This document shows positions 53,796-63,486 of a stretch of DNA of 64,000 nt, one piece after another. Source of the DNA: Patescibacteria group bacterium (GTDB taxonomy: Bacteria; Patescibacteriota; Minisyncoccia; Phycocordibacterales; UBA918); the NCBI GenBank assembly GCA_038065355.1, contig JBBTRC010000005.1, forward strand, positions 30,530 through 94,529, read 5' to 3'. A model generated the notes under the pieces. It searched no databases. It saw nothing but the letters and a program-made list of their open reading frames with translations, and had not been told where the DNA came from. A program made the position numbers and the translations under genes. The first letter of the stretch is position 1. The number at the start of each line of letters is the position of its first letter.

Positions 53796-53835
53796 CTACC
53801 CTTAGCCTGCGCCTTAAGACGCAGGAATATATAAA

Positions 53836-55623
53836 TCATCTAGGTGTCCTTTTCCGGTCTCCTTCTTTGAGTTTTTGCTTGCGGAGGCGGATGGATTTTG
53901 GACAGACTTCGAGGTACTCGTCCTCTTGCATGATTTCAAGACCAATCTCAATCGTGAGCGGACGGTGCGGCGTCAGCGTGATGGCGTCGTCGCTGCCGGA
54001 CGCGCGAACGTTGGTGAGCTGTTTGCCTTTGGTTGGATTGACCACCATCTCTTCGCCTTTTGACGTATTGCCAACCACCATACCCTCATACACTTCGGTA
54101 CCAGGACCGATGTACAATTCGCCGCGGTCTTGGAGATTCCAGAGCGCAAAGCCGAGCGCTTTGCCGCTCTCCATTGAGATCATACTGCCAACCTGGCGTT
54201 TCTTGATCTCCCCGATGTATGGACGGAACTCAATAAAGCGCGAAGCTAGAATTCCCTCTCCTTTAGTATCAATCACAAACTGATTCTTGTAACCGAGAAG
54301 CCCCCGCGTTGGGCCTTCAAAGAGGAGGCGAACTTGGTTTTCATGGATAAACATGTTTTGCATGATGAAGCCGCGGTTCGAGAGCCGCTCGATGACCGCT
54401 CCTTGGTATTCATTTGGCACATCAACAGTGACTTCTTCAAACGGTTCAAGTTTTTCGCCGTTTTCTTCTTTGATGATGACCTTTGGCTGTGAGACTGAGA
54501 GCTCGTAACCTTCTCGGCGCATGTTCTCAAGGAGAATCGCAATGTGCATTTCACCGCGACCAAAGACACTATAGGCATCGCCGCCAGCCGCTTCGACGTG
54601 GAGGCCGACGTTGATTTCTTTTTCCTTCATCAGCCGCTCGCCGATTTGGCGAGAGGTGACATATTTACCTTCGCGGCCGGCGAGCGGCGATGAGTTAACC
54701 AAAAACTGCAGACCGACGGTCGGCTCGTCGATGGAAATGGCAGGTAAAATATCCGCTCCCTCCTGGTCGGTGATGGTTTCGCCGATGTTAATGTCTTCAA
54801 GACCGGCAATGAGCACAATGTCGCCCGCTCCGGCCTCTTGAATTTCTACCTGCCGGACACCTTGGTAGCCAGAGAGTTTCACAATCTTTCCCTTTTTTAT
54901 CGGCTGCCCGTCGGCCTTGATAAAGACCGGCATGCCCTTTGCTATCTTCCCATCATACACGCGTGCAACGGCCAGGCGGCCAAGGAAATTGTCGTAGCCA
55001 AGGTTGAACACCTGAGCGCGAAGCGCTTCGCCTTCTACGTAACTTTTTGCCGCCGGCACTTTTTCGAGCACCACGTCGAGCACGGGCGAAAGATCTTTGA
55101 GTTCGTCGTCCATTTTTCGTTTGGCGACTTTATTGCGGCCAATCGCGTACACCACTGGGAAATTTGACTGTTCGTCAGATGCACCGAGTTCGAGAAAGAG
55201 TTCAAGCACCTGCTCCTCAGTGCGGTGCGGGTCAGCCGCTGGCTTGTCGATTTTGTTGATAACTACAATTGGTTTGAGACCGAGTTCGAGGGATTTTTTG
55301 AGCACAAAGCGAGTCTGTGGCATCGGCCCTTCCTGGGCATCGACAACCAAAAGCACAGAGTCGATAGACCGGAGCACGCGTTCCACTTCCGAACCAAAGT
55401 CAGCGTGGCCGGGGGTATCGACAATGTTGATTTTGGTGCCCTTGTAGGTCACTGAGGTGTTTTTCGCGTAAATCGTAATGCCACGCTCCTGCTCGAGCGC
55501 GTTGCTGTCCATCGACTGCCCCTCCTCGCGCGCGCCGGTAAATTCCATGAGACCATCGGTGAGCGTGGTCTTGCCATGGTCGACGTGAGCGATGATGGCG
55601 ATATTGCGAATTTCTTGTGACAT
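53836..55623 (-). CDS. typA: Translational GTPase TypA/BipA
   Basis: [49 protein letters not shown]. Confidence 0.97.
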   Translation of the reverse strand: MSQEIRNIAIIAHVDHGKTTLTDGLMEFTGAREEGQSMDSNALEQERGITIYAKNTSVTYKGTKINIVDTPGHADFGSEVERVLRSIDSVLLVVDAQEGPMPQTRFVLKKSLELGLKPIVVINKIDKPAADPHRTEEQVLELFLELGASDEQSNFPVVYAIGRNKVAKRKMDDELKDLSPVLDVVLEKVPAAKSYVEGEALRAQVFNLGYDNFLGRLAVARVYDGKIAKGMPVFIKADGQPIKKGKIVKLSGYQGVRQVEIQEAGAGDIVLIAGLEDINIGETITDQEGADILPAISIDEPTVGLQFLVNSSPLAGREGKYVTSRQIGERLMKEKEINVGLHVEAAGGDAYSVFGRGEMHIAILLENMRREGYELSVSQPKVIIKEENGEKLEPFEEVTVDVPNEYQGAVIERLSNRGFIMQNMFIHENQVRLLFEGPTRGLLGYKNQFVIDTKGEGILASRFIEFRPYIGEIKKRQVGSMISMESGKALGFALWNLQDRGELYIGPGTEVYEGMVVGNTSKGEEMVVNPTKGKQLTNVRASGSDDAITLTPHRPLTIEIGLEIMQEDEYLEVCPKSIRLRKQKLKEGDRKRTPR

Positions 55624-55711
55624 AAAGGATAAAAATAAATGAGAAAGGGGCGCCCGCTTGCGGGCGCCCCTCAAGCGGAGCTAGTATGCCCCGAAACTAC
55701 TATTTCGTCAA

Positions 55712-55795
55712 TTACAACTGGCCGAGAAAGGCTAGATTCGCAAAATACATCAAAACCAGACCGGCGATGAAGATGACCAAAAATTTAAGCCACAT
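55712..55795 (-). CDS. Putative 27-aa single-TM small protein
   Basis: MWLKFLVIFIAGLVLMYFANLAFLGQL; ATG overlaps the end of the upstream gene. Confidence 0.4.
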   Translation of the reverse strand: MWLKFLVIFIAGLVLMYFANLAFLGQL

Positions 55796-56432
55796 GAGCA
55801 ATCTGTTTACGTCGTCGCCAAGTAATGTACAACCCGGCCAACACAATGATGATGCCGACTGGGTAATACACATACGATGAAGCAAAAATGTGTAGCCACG
55901 AAAGTTTGAAATTTTGCTGTGTTTCAAAGATATTGCCGAGCATAGCGAAGTATCCGGCTTTCGTCGGCATCTCGCCAAACACCAACATATACTCGCCACC
56001 GTTGTCGGGCGTGCTGATTTCGACTCGGTACGTACCGGCCTCGACTGGTACTTGTAGCGGCTCGCTCACCAAAAACTTCATTCCCATGACGCTATCACTC
56101 ACCTGGCGCCATTCTTCGATTGGCTGTTTCAAGCGAGCAATTTCCGTGACACCAGTGCCGTCTTCGTTGACTCGTACCGCGATCAGCGCAAATTCATACG
56201 GCTCTCCTTGGTCACGCTGTCGAATTTCAACCGTGAGTGTAAACGGCTCGGCTGAAGAAAGTTCCATCATTTCTGGGAAATCATCGAGCTGACCGAGGTA
56301 TTCTCGCGCGACGGAAGGTTCACCATTAAAAACTTCTACTGGTTCATACGGTTCGGACGGATCAATAGTGGTCGGATTGTAAGCGAGCGTGGGCGCTGCG
56401 AAAAAGATAAGCAGGAGGAGCGTTTTTTTCAT
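55785..56432 (-). CDS. Secreted protein with C-terminal membrane anchor
   Basis: Signal, beta-rich domain (GTYRVEIS), TM and RRRK. Confidence 0.8.
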   Translation of the reverse strand: MKKTLLLLIFFAAPTLAYNPTTIDPSEPYEPVEVFNGEPSVAREYLGQLDDFPEMMELSSAEPFTLTVEIRQRDQGEPYEFALIAVRVNEDGTGVTEIARLKQPIEEWRQVSDSVMGMKFLVSEPLQVPVEAGTYRVEISTPDNGGEYMLVFGEMPTKAGYFAMLGNIFETQQNFKLSWLHIFASSYVYYPVGIIIVLAGLYITWRRRKQIAHVA

Positions 56433-56490
56433 CGCTCAATCATAACAAAAGAAGTGCCTGGTCGCACTTCTTTTGCAAGAAATAGAAATG

Positions 56491-57087
56491 TTAACGGTGC
56501 CAGTGCGGACCCCGATCGACTCCAGCCTCTTCCAAGATCGCTTGGACGGCTTCTCGGTCGTTGGCTTGTTTCGCAACAGAAAGCGCATCTCTCTGCTCAC
56601 TGGTCAACTCGCTTCCCTGGTGCCAAAAGAAGTGTCCGTGCGGATGCAGCGACGGCTGAATGCCTAAGTCATCAAGCACACTTTGCGCTTCGTCTAATTT
56701 GCCGGCGTTTTTGAGTTCGTGCGCCTCAACAAAGGCTTGGAAGTCTGCTTCAGTGGTGATTAAGTCTTCAAGTGGCGTGTCGACAATGGCACGTTTGAAC
56801 GCCGCAAAATCTCCTGCCAGAACTGCCATATGCATTTCTTGACGAGCGTCTCGGGCCGCCTTCCTAATTGCCTCTAGAGTTTCCTCGGTCACTCCTGCTT
56901 CTTCAAGCACGCCGCGCGCCGCCGTATAGTCTCCGTCTTCTCGTAGTTGGCGCGCTTCTTCAAATGCCACCTGCTCTGCCTCACTCAAACCCGCTCTTCG
57001 GAGTAGGTCTTTGCCACCATAGGCCTGCACGCCGGTTGCGGTTAGTGCGAGCGCCGCAATGGCGATCAACAATGATTTAGATTGCAT
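56491..57087 (-). CDS. Secreted helical-repeat protein
   Basis: Signal peptide; repeated A..L...G....A..VL..G motif. Confidence 0.75.
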   Translation of the reverse strand: MQSKSLLIAIAALALTATGVQAYGGKDLLRRAGLSEAEQVAFEEARQLREDGDYTAARGVLEEAGVTEETLEAIRKAARDARQEMHMAVLAGDFAAFKRAIVDTPLEDLITTEADFQAFVEAHELKNAGKLDEAQSVLDDLGIQPSLHPHGHFFWHQGSELTSEQRDALSVAKQANDREAVQAILEEAGVDRGPHWHR

Positions 57088-57173
57088 AGGTACGTTCAAA
57101 TTCCGTTAAGAACAAAGTGCAGGATAGCTACCCCTGCACTTTTTCATACGTGAGACTTTTTTAGAACTTTCAC

Positions 57174-57683
57174 CTAAATGCGGTTTTCAAAATAATTCCA
57201 AATTTTGGCAAGGCTGGTCCAGAGCGGACTGTCAGCCAAGGTGGCGGTACCGCATGAATTTAAGATAAATTCGTCTCCATTTTGCGTGATAGTGTAGCGC
57301 ACATCAATACCGTCAGTATATGAATTACACACCGCCGGCTGAATTTTTTTAGACTGTGCAATAAGTTCAAGGCGGGTGATGTTTTTTTTCAGCTCAGATT
57401 GGAGAGTAAGCGGCAAAATACCCTCGCGAACGACTTGATCCAACCCTACGCCTGGGGTGTAGAGGTAGCGGTATTCGCCGTTGTGTTCGAGCTTAAACGA
57501 CGGGCAGAGGTTGCGACAGCCGCCGTAGGCCTCTCCGACGATGGTAAAGGTATCGACTTCCTCGGCGGTAGCCACCACATCAGGATTATAGAGAGTGGCA
57601 AACTGCGTCACATAGAGGTACGCGCCACCCAAAAATCCGACCACGAAAGTAACGAGGAGGCTTAAGAGGTCAGATTTTTTCAT
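57174..57683 (-). CDS. Membrane-anchored hypothetical protein with four Cys
   Basis: TATAAT 6 nt before ATG 57683; TM; YGGC..CP. Confidence 0.75.
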   Translation of the reverse strand: MKKSDLLSLLVTFVVGFLGGAYLYVTQFATLYNPDVVATAEEVDTFTIVGEAYGGCRNLCPSFKLEHNGEYRYLYTPGVGLDQVVREGILPLTLQSELKKNITRLELIAQSKKIQPAVCNSYTDGIDVRYTITQNGDEFILNSCGTATLADSPLWTSLAKIWNYFENRI

Positions 57684-57710
57684 GGCACCATTATACCTAG
57701 AAAAACAAGA

Positions 57711-57741
57711 AACCGCCGCCAAGCAAAAGCAAGGCGGCGGT
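57711..57741 (-). terminator. Terminator of small ORF 57763..57939
   Basis: ACCGCCGCC...GGCGGCGGT. Confidence 0.7.
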
Positions 57742-57762
57742 GTGTACTTCAGCTTGCGCATT

Positions 57763-57939
57763 TCAGCGCAAACCATTGGTGCGGTTGCGGCGGGTGAAGA
57801 TCATTATGATCGAAATCACCAGCAGAGGCATGATCAGGTTGCCGCTGAGATACCATGGAAATTTATCAAGGCAGTGGGCAGCTCGATATTGAATAAAACC
57901 ATAGGCAACGCACAAAAGCACGGCAATGAGGCTGTACAT
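57763..57939 (-). CDS. Unannotated 58-aa two-TM small protein
   Basis: MYSLIAVLLCVAYGFIQY...IMIFTRRNRTNGLR; SD AGGAGG; TTGACA-17-TATAAA at 57980-58008. Confidence 0.7.
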   Translation of the reverse strand: MYSLIAVLLCVAYGFIQYRAAHCLDKFPWYLSGNLIMPLLVISIIMIFTRRNRTNGLR

Positions 57940-58012
57940 AGCACGTCCTCCTGTTGCAAAAAAGAACCGAGTCGTCGTCTTTATACGTCAATGCCCGCAA
58001 TCTGTCAAAAAT

Positions 58013-59098
58013 TTAACGAGGGTGATTGAACTGCTTTTCCACGTCCTCAATCAAGTAGAGCACGTGGAGGAGAGGCACAGCGATTGTTCTGGTATAGTCG
58101 GACACCTCGCTGTCGGTCAGCCTCCCCACACTGCGGCCAAGCCTAATTTTATTATCCGGATACAGCAGGTACACCTGATTACCGATGAACGAGATGCGAA
58201 TGTTCGCTTTCCTCCCTTGCCACCAGTTGTGCAAGTCGCTCATGAAATCGGTAGAAAGCACATACCGCGCCTCAATAGGATCGGTTGTAGCCACGTGTAG
58301 TAATTTTTCAAAATCATTCCACTCAAGCTCGGTCGTGAGAGCGCCAGCCCCGGCCAACGATTTCCAAAATGACCGGTGGCCAAAGCCGTGCTTATCACCT
58401 TCGGTTGAGACAAAGGTTTTGCCTACCAGCGTTCGATCAAGCTCGAATGAAGCAAAATAGCCTTTGAAAATATGTTTGACATGACGATTTTTGCCGCTAC
58501 CAGTCTGGTGCGAGAGATCAAGTTCTGTTACCTGAAAGTGCTTGCCGCCAATTCTTGTTTCATACGCGTCATCAACTGTGTTGGTGTTATGCGGCTCAGT
58601 CACGAGCTCCGAAGCGGCAAGCACGTTCAATACTATCTCCTTTTTCGCTTGGTCGTCGGTGAGAGAAATATCAGCCAGGGTCGATGCGGCTGTAATTTCA
58701 ACCGCACTACCGACTGTCTCGCTCTTTAGGTCAAACAGTGAGAAAACCAACGGGAACAGCAGTGCGTTTAATTTTTTGTTGAACTTAGCGATGAAGGTAC
58801 CAGCTTTGAAAATCCACCAGCCGCCCGTGCCCGCGAGCAAGCATGAGAGGAATAAGAGTGAAAAAAACAGCGGTGGCGACGAATCGTACACACCAAATGA
58901 TCCATCGGTAAAAAATGTAAATAAAATAAAACCAGCGACGGCGAAAACTATTCCCAAAACAAACTTCCCTTTCTGCCGTATATATTCGGCCTCGTCGCTC
59001 TCAAGCGCCTGTCTAAGACTTTGTAACAGTTCCGGTACCCGCCGGTCGATCTCACCGACCAGCGTCTCTTCATTTGGGTAGCGCGCTTTTATTTGCAT
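58013..59098 (-). CDS. DUF3137-like membrane protein
   Basis: Two TMs; GSGKNR..IFKG; ELEWNDFE..V.TTDPIEARYVLSTDFM. Confidence 0.78.
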   Translation of the reverse strand: MQIKARYPNEETLVGEIDRRVPELLQSLRQALESDEAEYIRQKGKFVLGIVFAVAGFILFTFFTDGSFGVYDSSPPLFFSLLFLSCLLAGTGGWWIFKAGTFIAKFNKKLNALLFPLVFSLFDLKSETVGSAVEITAASTLADISLTDDQAKKEIVLNVLAASELVTEPHNTNTVDDAYETRIGGKHFQVTELDLSHQTGSGKNRHVKHIFKGYFASFELDRTLVGKTFVSTEGDKHGFGHRSFWKSLAGAGALTTELEWNDFEKLLHVATTDPIEARYVLSTDFMSDLHNWWQGRKANIRISFIGNQVYLLYPDNKIRLGRSVGRLTDSEVSDYTRTIAVPLLHVLYLIEDVEKQFNHPR

Positions 59099-59127
59099 AG
59101 GTAATATTATAAAAATAGTGACTGCTC

Positions 59128-59454
59128 TTACCTACTCGCATTAATGGCCGTCGCAACCCACTCCTTCAACTCGTCACGGTTTTCATAGACCGCCTCTCCG
59201 ACCAACCAATAATTCATCGTGTACGTTTTCCCGTCTCGTTTGCTGTAGGCAAATGGGTGGCTGGCACGTTCCAAGAAAAATTTCTTTGTGCTTTCGTTTG
59301 CTTTGAAATACAGTTCACCATCCACAATGATGGCAAATATCTTCCCTTGCTGATATACACCATGTCCGCCAAACATCGCTCGGCTTGTGATGTCTGAGAT
59401 GTCGCGAAGCACATCATACACAATATAGTCGTGAAATGAGGTGTCTTTCGCCAT
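59128..59454 (-). CDS. TfoX/Sxy N-terminal domain protein
   Basis: RAMFGGHGVY..IFAIIVDGELYFK..PFAY..MNYW. Confidence 0.9.
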   Translation of the reverse strand: MAKDTSFHDYIVYDVLRDISDITSRAMFGGHGVYQQGKIFAIIVDGELYFKANESTKKFFLERASHPFAYSKRDGKTYTMNYWLVGEAVYENRDELKEWVATAINASR

Positions 59455-59483
59455 CGCTTTTATTCTAGCAAAAACGCTGTTCG

Positions 59484-59933
59484 CTAGTTACTGCCTTGAG
59501 CTAGAGCACTCGACTTCTCAATCTCCTTCACTGCTTCTTCCTTTCCTAAAAAATTTCCCACCCTCGTATTTCGGTTCGGTTGATCTTGGTAGTATCGAGC
59601 GTTAAAATCCAGCAGTTTTGTTTTAACCTCAGCATCAACCTTAAAATCCTCTCCCTTTAAGGAGATCAGTATTTTATGGTCCGGTTGATCATCTTCGAAA
59701 TACTCAACCATTCCTATTGGTTCACCTTCAATTATTGAGCACGCCTCCAGCTTTTTGTTTGTGATAACGTAACAATCTAATTCGCCGCCGTCTGAAGCGA
59801 GGGTACCTAAGATGTACCCGTATGCATAGGGGTACGTGACATGAAAATCCACAGTCCGTTCATACACTCCTGTTTCTTTATTAAAAATGTTCCGCTTGCG
59901 TTTTTCTCCTGATTGCTCAATAAAAATTCTCAT
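59484..59933 (-). CDS. ppa: Family I inorganic pyrophosphatase
   Basis: YPYAYGYILGTLASDGGELD..D..DHKI. Confidence 0.8.
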   Translation of the reverse strand: MRIFIEQSGEKRKRNIFNKETGVYERTVDFHVTYPYAYGYILGTLASDGGELDCYVITNKKLEACSIIEGEPIGMVEYFEDDQPDHKILISLKGEDFKVDAEVKTKLLDFNARYYQDQPNRNTRVGNFLGKEEAVKEIEKSSALAQGSN

Positions 59934-60152
59934 ATAGACAGTGTAGCAGTACTATGTGGGTCTGTCCTATTAAGTTCTTGGTGCGGGAACGATTGTCGGA
60001 ACTTTGAACCAAAGATACGGTACGGTTCACATTCGAGAATCTTGATAAAAGTGTACAAAAACTAAAAGGTGTTCACAAAATTCACCTTCAACGGTTCAAG
60101 GTTGCCCAAGCCAAAGTCAAATAAAAGGTAAGGGTGCGGTGGATTACTCAAA

Positions 60153-61124
60153 TTAGTACGCCGTAGTCCTTGTCCGATGGAAGGGCGTGTCTGCATTTCC
60201 TCCGACAGACCATAAATAATCGTTAATGTTCAAAGCAGAAACTTCTATATTTTGAACTTCAAGTGTTTTTCGTATCAATTCAATCGCCCAAATTGTACAA
60301 GACCTTATCTCAACTTCTTCAGGACTGCCTTTCGGTAGCAATTCTTCATTATCAATTTTTTTGCTCAACTCTGCCGAATACTCAAGTACTCCAAGTTTTC
60401 GCAATAGATTAGGAATTATATAATCGGCTAAGGCAGTAAGAGCTCCTATATTTTTTAACTCGCCATATCCTTTGCCTTGAAAGATTGAATAAATACCTTC
60501 AACAAGTGCTTGCGCTCTTTTCTGAAAAAATACTTTTTCTGATTTGTACAATGCAAAATCCTGAAAAGAAGGAAACGTTTCAAGGATAAGGTCTACCAAA
60601 ACAATTGCGTCATTCTTTGATTCGCGTATTAAGGATGAAAATTGTCCATCAAATTTTTGTACTAAGATTGTACCTACTTCATTAAGGATTTTTACCCTTT
60701 CTTCCAATAGTGGGATTTCCACATTGCCCCTTAAAATTTTGGACAATTCTTCTTTAGAGACAGTTGCAAGAAACACAGGATTCAAAATATCCGCACCTTC
60801 TTCTATTGCTCTGAAAATACTTGCGACCAAACTCCACGAACCTCTCGTATAAAGTTTTCCTTTGTATTCAACATTCCAGTATGGATTTCCCCAATATGAA
60901 AAACTAATTACATTAAATACCACAATAAACATCAACTTTTGATTTGTGCTTAATTGTTCAATATCAAACGGCGAATCCCTCAGCCAATAATGATTCGCAT
61001 GCTTTTCAAAACCGCCTGAAAATTCTGTTATTTTGGTGTGGTTGATTTTTACAAAATTTGCATTTTGCACAACATGCCAAGTTGACTCTAAGATTTGGTT
61101 ATTTTTTGCTTTCATAGATAGCAA
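60153..61124 (-). CDS. Queuosine salvage family protein (DUF2419 / Qng1-like)
   Basis: ISFSYW; IPLLEER; FPSFQD..FFQKRAQ; LTALADY.IP.LLR.LGVLEYS; EEVEIR; DYLW; FHRTRTTAY. Confidence 0.88.
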   Translation of the reverse strand: MLSMKAKNNQILESTWHVVQNANFVKINHTKITEFSGGFEKHANHYWLRDSPFDIEQLSTNQKLMFIVVFNVISFSYWGNPYWNVEYKGKLYTRGSWSLVASIFRAIEEGADILNPVFLATVSKEELSKILRGNVEIPLLEERVKILNEVGTILVQKFDGQFSSLIRESKNDAIVLVDLILETFPSFQDFALYKSEKVFFQKRAQALVEGIYSIFQGKGYGELKNIGALTALADYIIPNLLRKLGVLEYSAELSKKIDNEELLPKGSPEEVEIRSCTIWAIELIRKTLEVQNIEVSALNINDYLWSVGGNADTPFHRTRTTAY

Positions 61125-61839
61125 TATTGTGTGTTATTTTCTCGGAACTTATTTTTGCGGCTATTTCATCTCCCCAAATAATCTTAAAAACACCCTTTGC
61201 AGTTTCTAAATTTCTAAATTCAAAAAATGTTTCAAAAGATTGTGCTTTTCTAAATCCCGATTTTTCTAACCATTCCTGCTTAATGCGTGTCTTTCCATTT
61301 CCAGCTTCGCCTTCAATAATGTTTTTAAATTCTCCACTGACATCGTTCTCTACGAGATAAATTGAGCCATCTAGTTTGAGGATTCTTCTAAGCTCTGTGA
61401 TTGTTCTGGCTCTCAAGTCTAGGTTGTGAATTGACCCAATCACCCAACTTGCGAAAATTACATCGACCGAATCTGATTCCAGCGATATAGTATTCTCGTC
61501 GTTTTTTAAAAATTTTACATTATGAAATGCTCCGGCTTTCTTTCGAGCAATCGCCAATTGATTTTCTGAAATATCAACTGCCCAATATGTTTTTGCCAAG
61601 GGGGCAAATTCGGAGATAAATTTACCCGTACCACATCCAAAATCTAAAACTACTTTTCCTTCCATTTTTGATGCCAAAAAACCAACTACTTTTTTAGGAG
61701 CGTCTTCTGCTTGGCTAAACTCTTCATACACACTGGCTTTGCCATTGTAAAATTCAGAACCAGCGCCCAGTTTGTCATTTTCCCAAAGTGGATGGTCTTT
61801 CATAAATTTATTTAAAAGCTCGTCGTTTGAAACCTTCAA
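61099..61839 (-). CDS. Class I SAM-dependent methyltransferase
   Basis: VLDFGCGTG, AVDIS, SVDVI, ELRRILK..G. Confidence 0.9.
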   Translation of the reverse strand: MKVSNDELLNKFMKDHPLWENDKLGAGSEFYNGKASVYEEFSQAEDAPKKVVGFLASKMEGKVVLDFGCGTGKFISEFAPLAKTYWAVDISENQLAIARKKAGAFHNVKFLKNDENTISLESDSVDVIFASWVIGSIHNLDLRARTITELRRILKLDGSIYLVENDVSGEFKNIIEGEAGNGKTRIKQEWLEKSGFRKAQSFETFFEFRNLETAKGVFKIIWGDEIAAKISSEKITHNIAIYESKK

Positions 61840-61887
61840 CGCTCTAGGAATTTCCTGATAGTGGCTAGGGTTGGGTTTTCATTTTTT

Positions 61888-61975
61888 TGGCGGAAGAGAC
61901 AGGATTTGAACCTGCGAAGGGTTGCCCCTTACACGCTTTCCAAGCGTGCGCCTTAAACCGCTCGGCCACTCTTCC
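61888..61975 (-). tRNA. tRNA-Ser(GGA)
   Basis: Acceptor GGAAGAG/CTCTTCC + GCCA; anticodon arm CACGC-TTGGAAA-GCGTG; long variable arm; GGTTCAAATCC T-arm. Confidence 0.97.
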
Positions 61976-62001
61976 GTGACAAATGTTATATCACATTTGT
62001 C

Positions 62002-62904
62002 TTAACCCATGTCGCGCAGGCGCTTGATGCGTTCGGCGGCGGGTGGATGGGTTTGGAAGAGGCTAGAAATCTTTTGCGTCATGCTGCGTTTGTCGCCGCC
62101 AAACGGATCGGCGATGAAGAGGTGCGCGGTGGCGTTGTTGGCCCGGCGCATGGGGCGGCCGTAGGCATGGATCTTTTCAAGTGCAGAGGCGAGCCCTTCT
62201 GGATAGCGGGTCAAGAGCGCGCCCGAAGCATCAGCCAAGTATTCGCGCCGGCGCGAGATGGCGAGCTGTATGAGCTGGGCGGCAAGCGGCGCGAGGATGA
62301 TGCCGATAATTCCCAGCACAAAGAATACCGCGCCGGCGCGATTGTCGTCACGATTGCCTCCGCCGCCAAACATCATGGCGCGCATAAAGAAGTCGGACAA
62401 AATGGCGATGAAGCCCGCGAGCACAACGGCCACCGTCGACACCAGCATGTCGCGATTGCCGATATGCGAAAGCTCGTGTGCCATCACGCCTTCAAGCTCG
62501 GTTTGATTAAGAATTTGCAGTATGCCGGTTGTAGCCGCGACCGCCGCATGCTCTGGGTCACGACCGGTCGCAAAGGCGTTCGGTGCCGGATCTTCTACTA
62601 CATACACTTTCGGCATGGGTAAACCGGCGGTGATGGAAAGGTTTTCGACGGTATTCCAAAGCACCGGGTAGGCTTCACGAGTGGCTGGCTTGGCACCAGT
62701 CATGGCTATTACCAATTTATCTGAATACCAGTAGCTACCGACATTCATCACGAGAGCAAACACAATGGCGCCATACAGTATGGTGGAGTCACCGAGAAGG
62801 TAGGCCGCTATGTACCCAATTAAAATGACCAACACAAAAAACCCAACCATCAAAAACCAGGTCTTCCGAATATTCGCACCTTGCTGTGTGTAGAGGGTGG
62901 CCAT
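62002..62904 (-). CDS. htpX: Zn metalloprotease HtpX (M48)
   Basis: PNAFATGR, HELSH, SRRREYLAD, THPP..ERI. Confidence 0.95.
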   Translation of the reverse strand: MATLYTQQGANIRKTWFLMVGFFVLVILIGYIAAYLLGDSTILYGAIVFALVMNVGSYWYSDKLVIAMTGAKPATREAYPVLWNTVENLSITAGLPMPKVYVVEDPAPNAFATGRDPEHAAVAATTGILQILNQTELEGVMAHELSHIGNRDMLVSTVAVVLAGFIAILSDFFMRAMMFGGGGNRDDNRAGAVFFVLGIIGIILAPLAAQLIQLAISRRREYLADASGALLTRYPEGLASALEKIHAYGRPMRRANNATAHLFIADPFGGDKRSMTQKISSLFQTHPPAAERIKRLRDMG

Positions 62905-63099
62905 GAATGAGAAAACGAGCGCGTAGCGCGACTATTTCGAATAACCTAGAAATTAAAGAGAGTTTACTCGACTATAATTTCGGAAATACTCTTGTGGTGT
63001 TATACAGGCGCCTCGGCAGATTCGACCTACCGAGGGAGAATCTGCCGGCGGCGAGCTGTAGAGTTATTCTAACTTACTGCGTAGTAAAGTAAACTTTTA

Positions 63100-63483
63100 T
63101 TACAAAGGGATTCCTTGCGGCGTTTCGTCGGATTTATAGTCGACATCGGCTGACCACTGAAGAAAGTAGCCGTGCTTATACGCGCCCTTTTTTAGTAGGT
63201 TGGCTTTACGTGCTTCCATAATCTCGTCCTTGGGAATTTCCAGCTGACTGATGAGTGTTTCAAGCACCACCATAAGGTCGCTGTACTCTTCCAGAAAAAC
63301 GTCTTTGGTTCGTGCCATTGAAAGCGACTGGGCCTCTTCGCGGATTTTTTTGAAGAGCTCTTGCTGGAGCTCCTGCACATCGCACACCTTGCGAACCTCA
63401 CAGGCTTCATGTTTCGCTTCTATTTTCGCCGGTACGTTATCCCGGATCAGCTTGTTGTAGTAAACGCGAGTAACTTCAGACAT
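63100..63483 (-). CDS. MazG-like / phosphoribosyl-ATP pyrophosphohydrolase-like NTP pyrophosphatase
   Basis: YNKLIRDNVP..KIREEA..LEEYSDL..KKG. Confidence 0.8.
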   Translation of the reverse strand: MSEVTRVYYNKLIRDNVPAKIEAKHEACEVRKVCDVQELQQELFKKIREEAQSLSMARTKDVFLEEYSDLMVVLETLISQLEIPKDEIMEARKANLLKKGAYKHGYFLQWSADVDYKSDETPQGIPL

Positions 63484-63486
63484 ATC

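Noticed and set aside
59979-60011. GGTTCAAA...TTCCCGCACCA (minus strand) as an att duplicate of the tRNA-Ser 3' end
   Set aside because: The match is short and gapped, too weak to call, although its position at the islet edge is suggestive
62939-63069. 6S or SRP RNA
   Set aside because: No SRP CAGG..GRAA..AGCA motif and no symmetric central bubble
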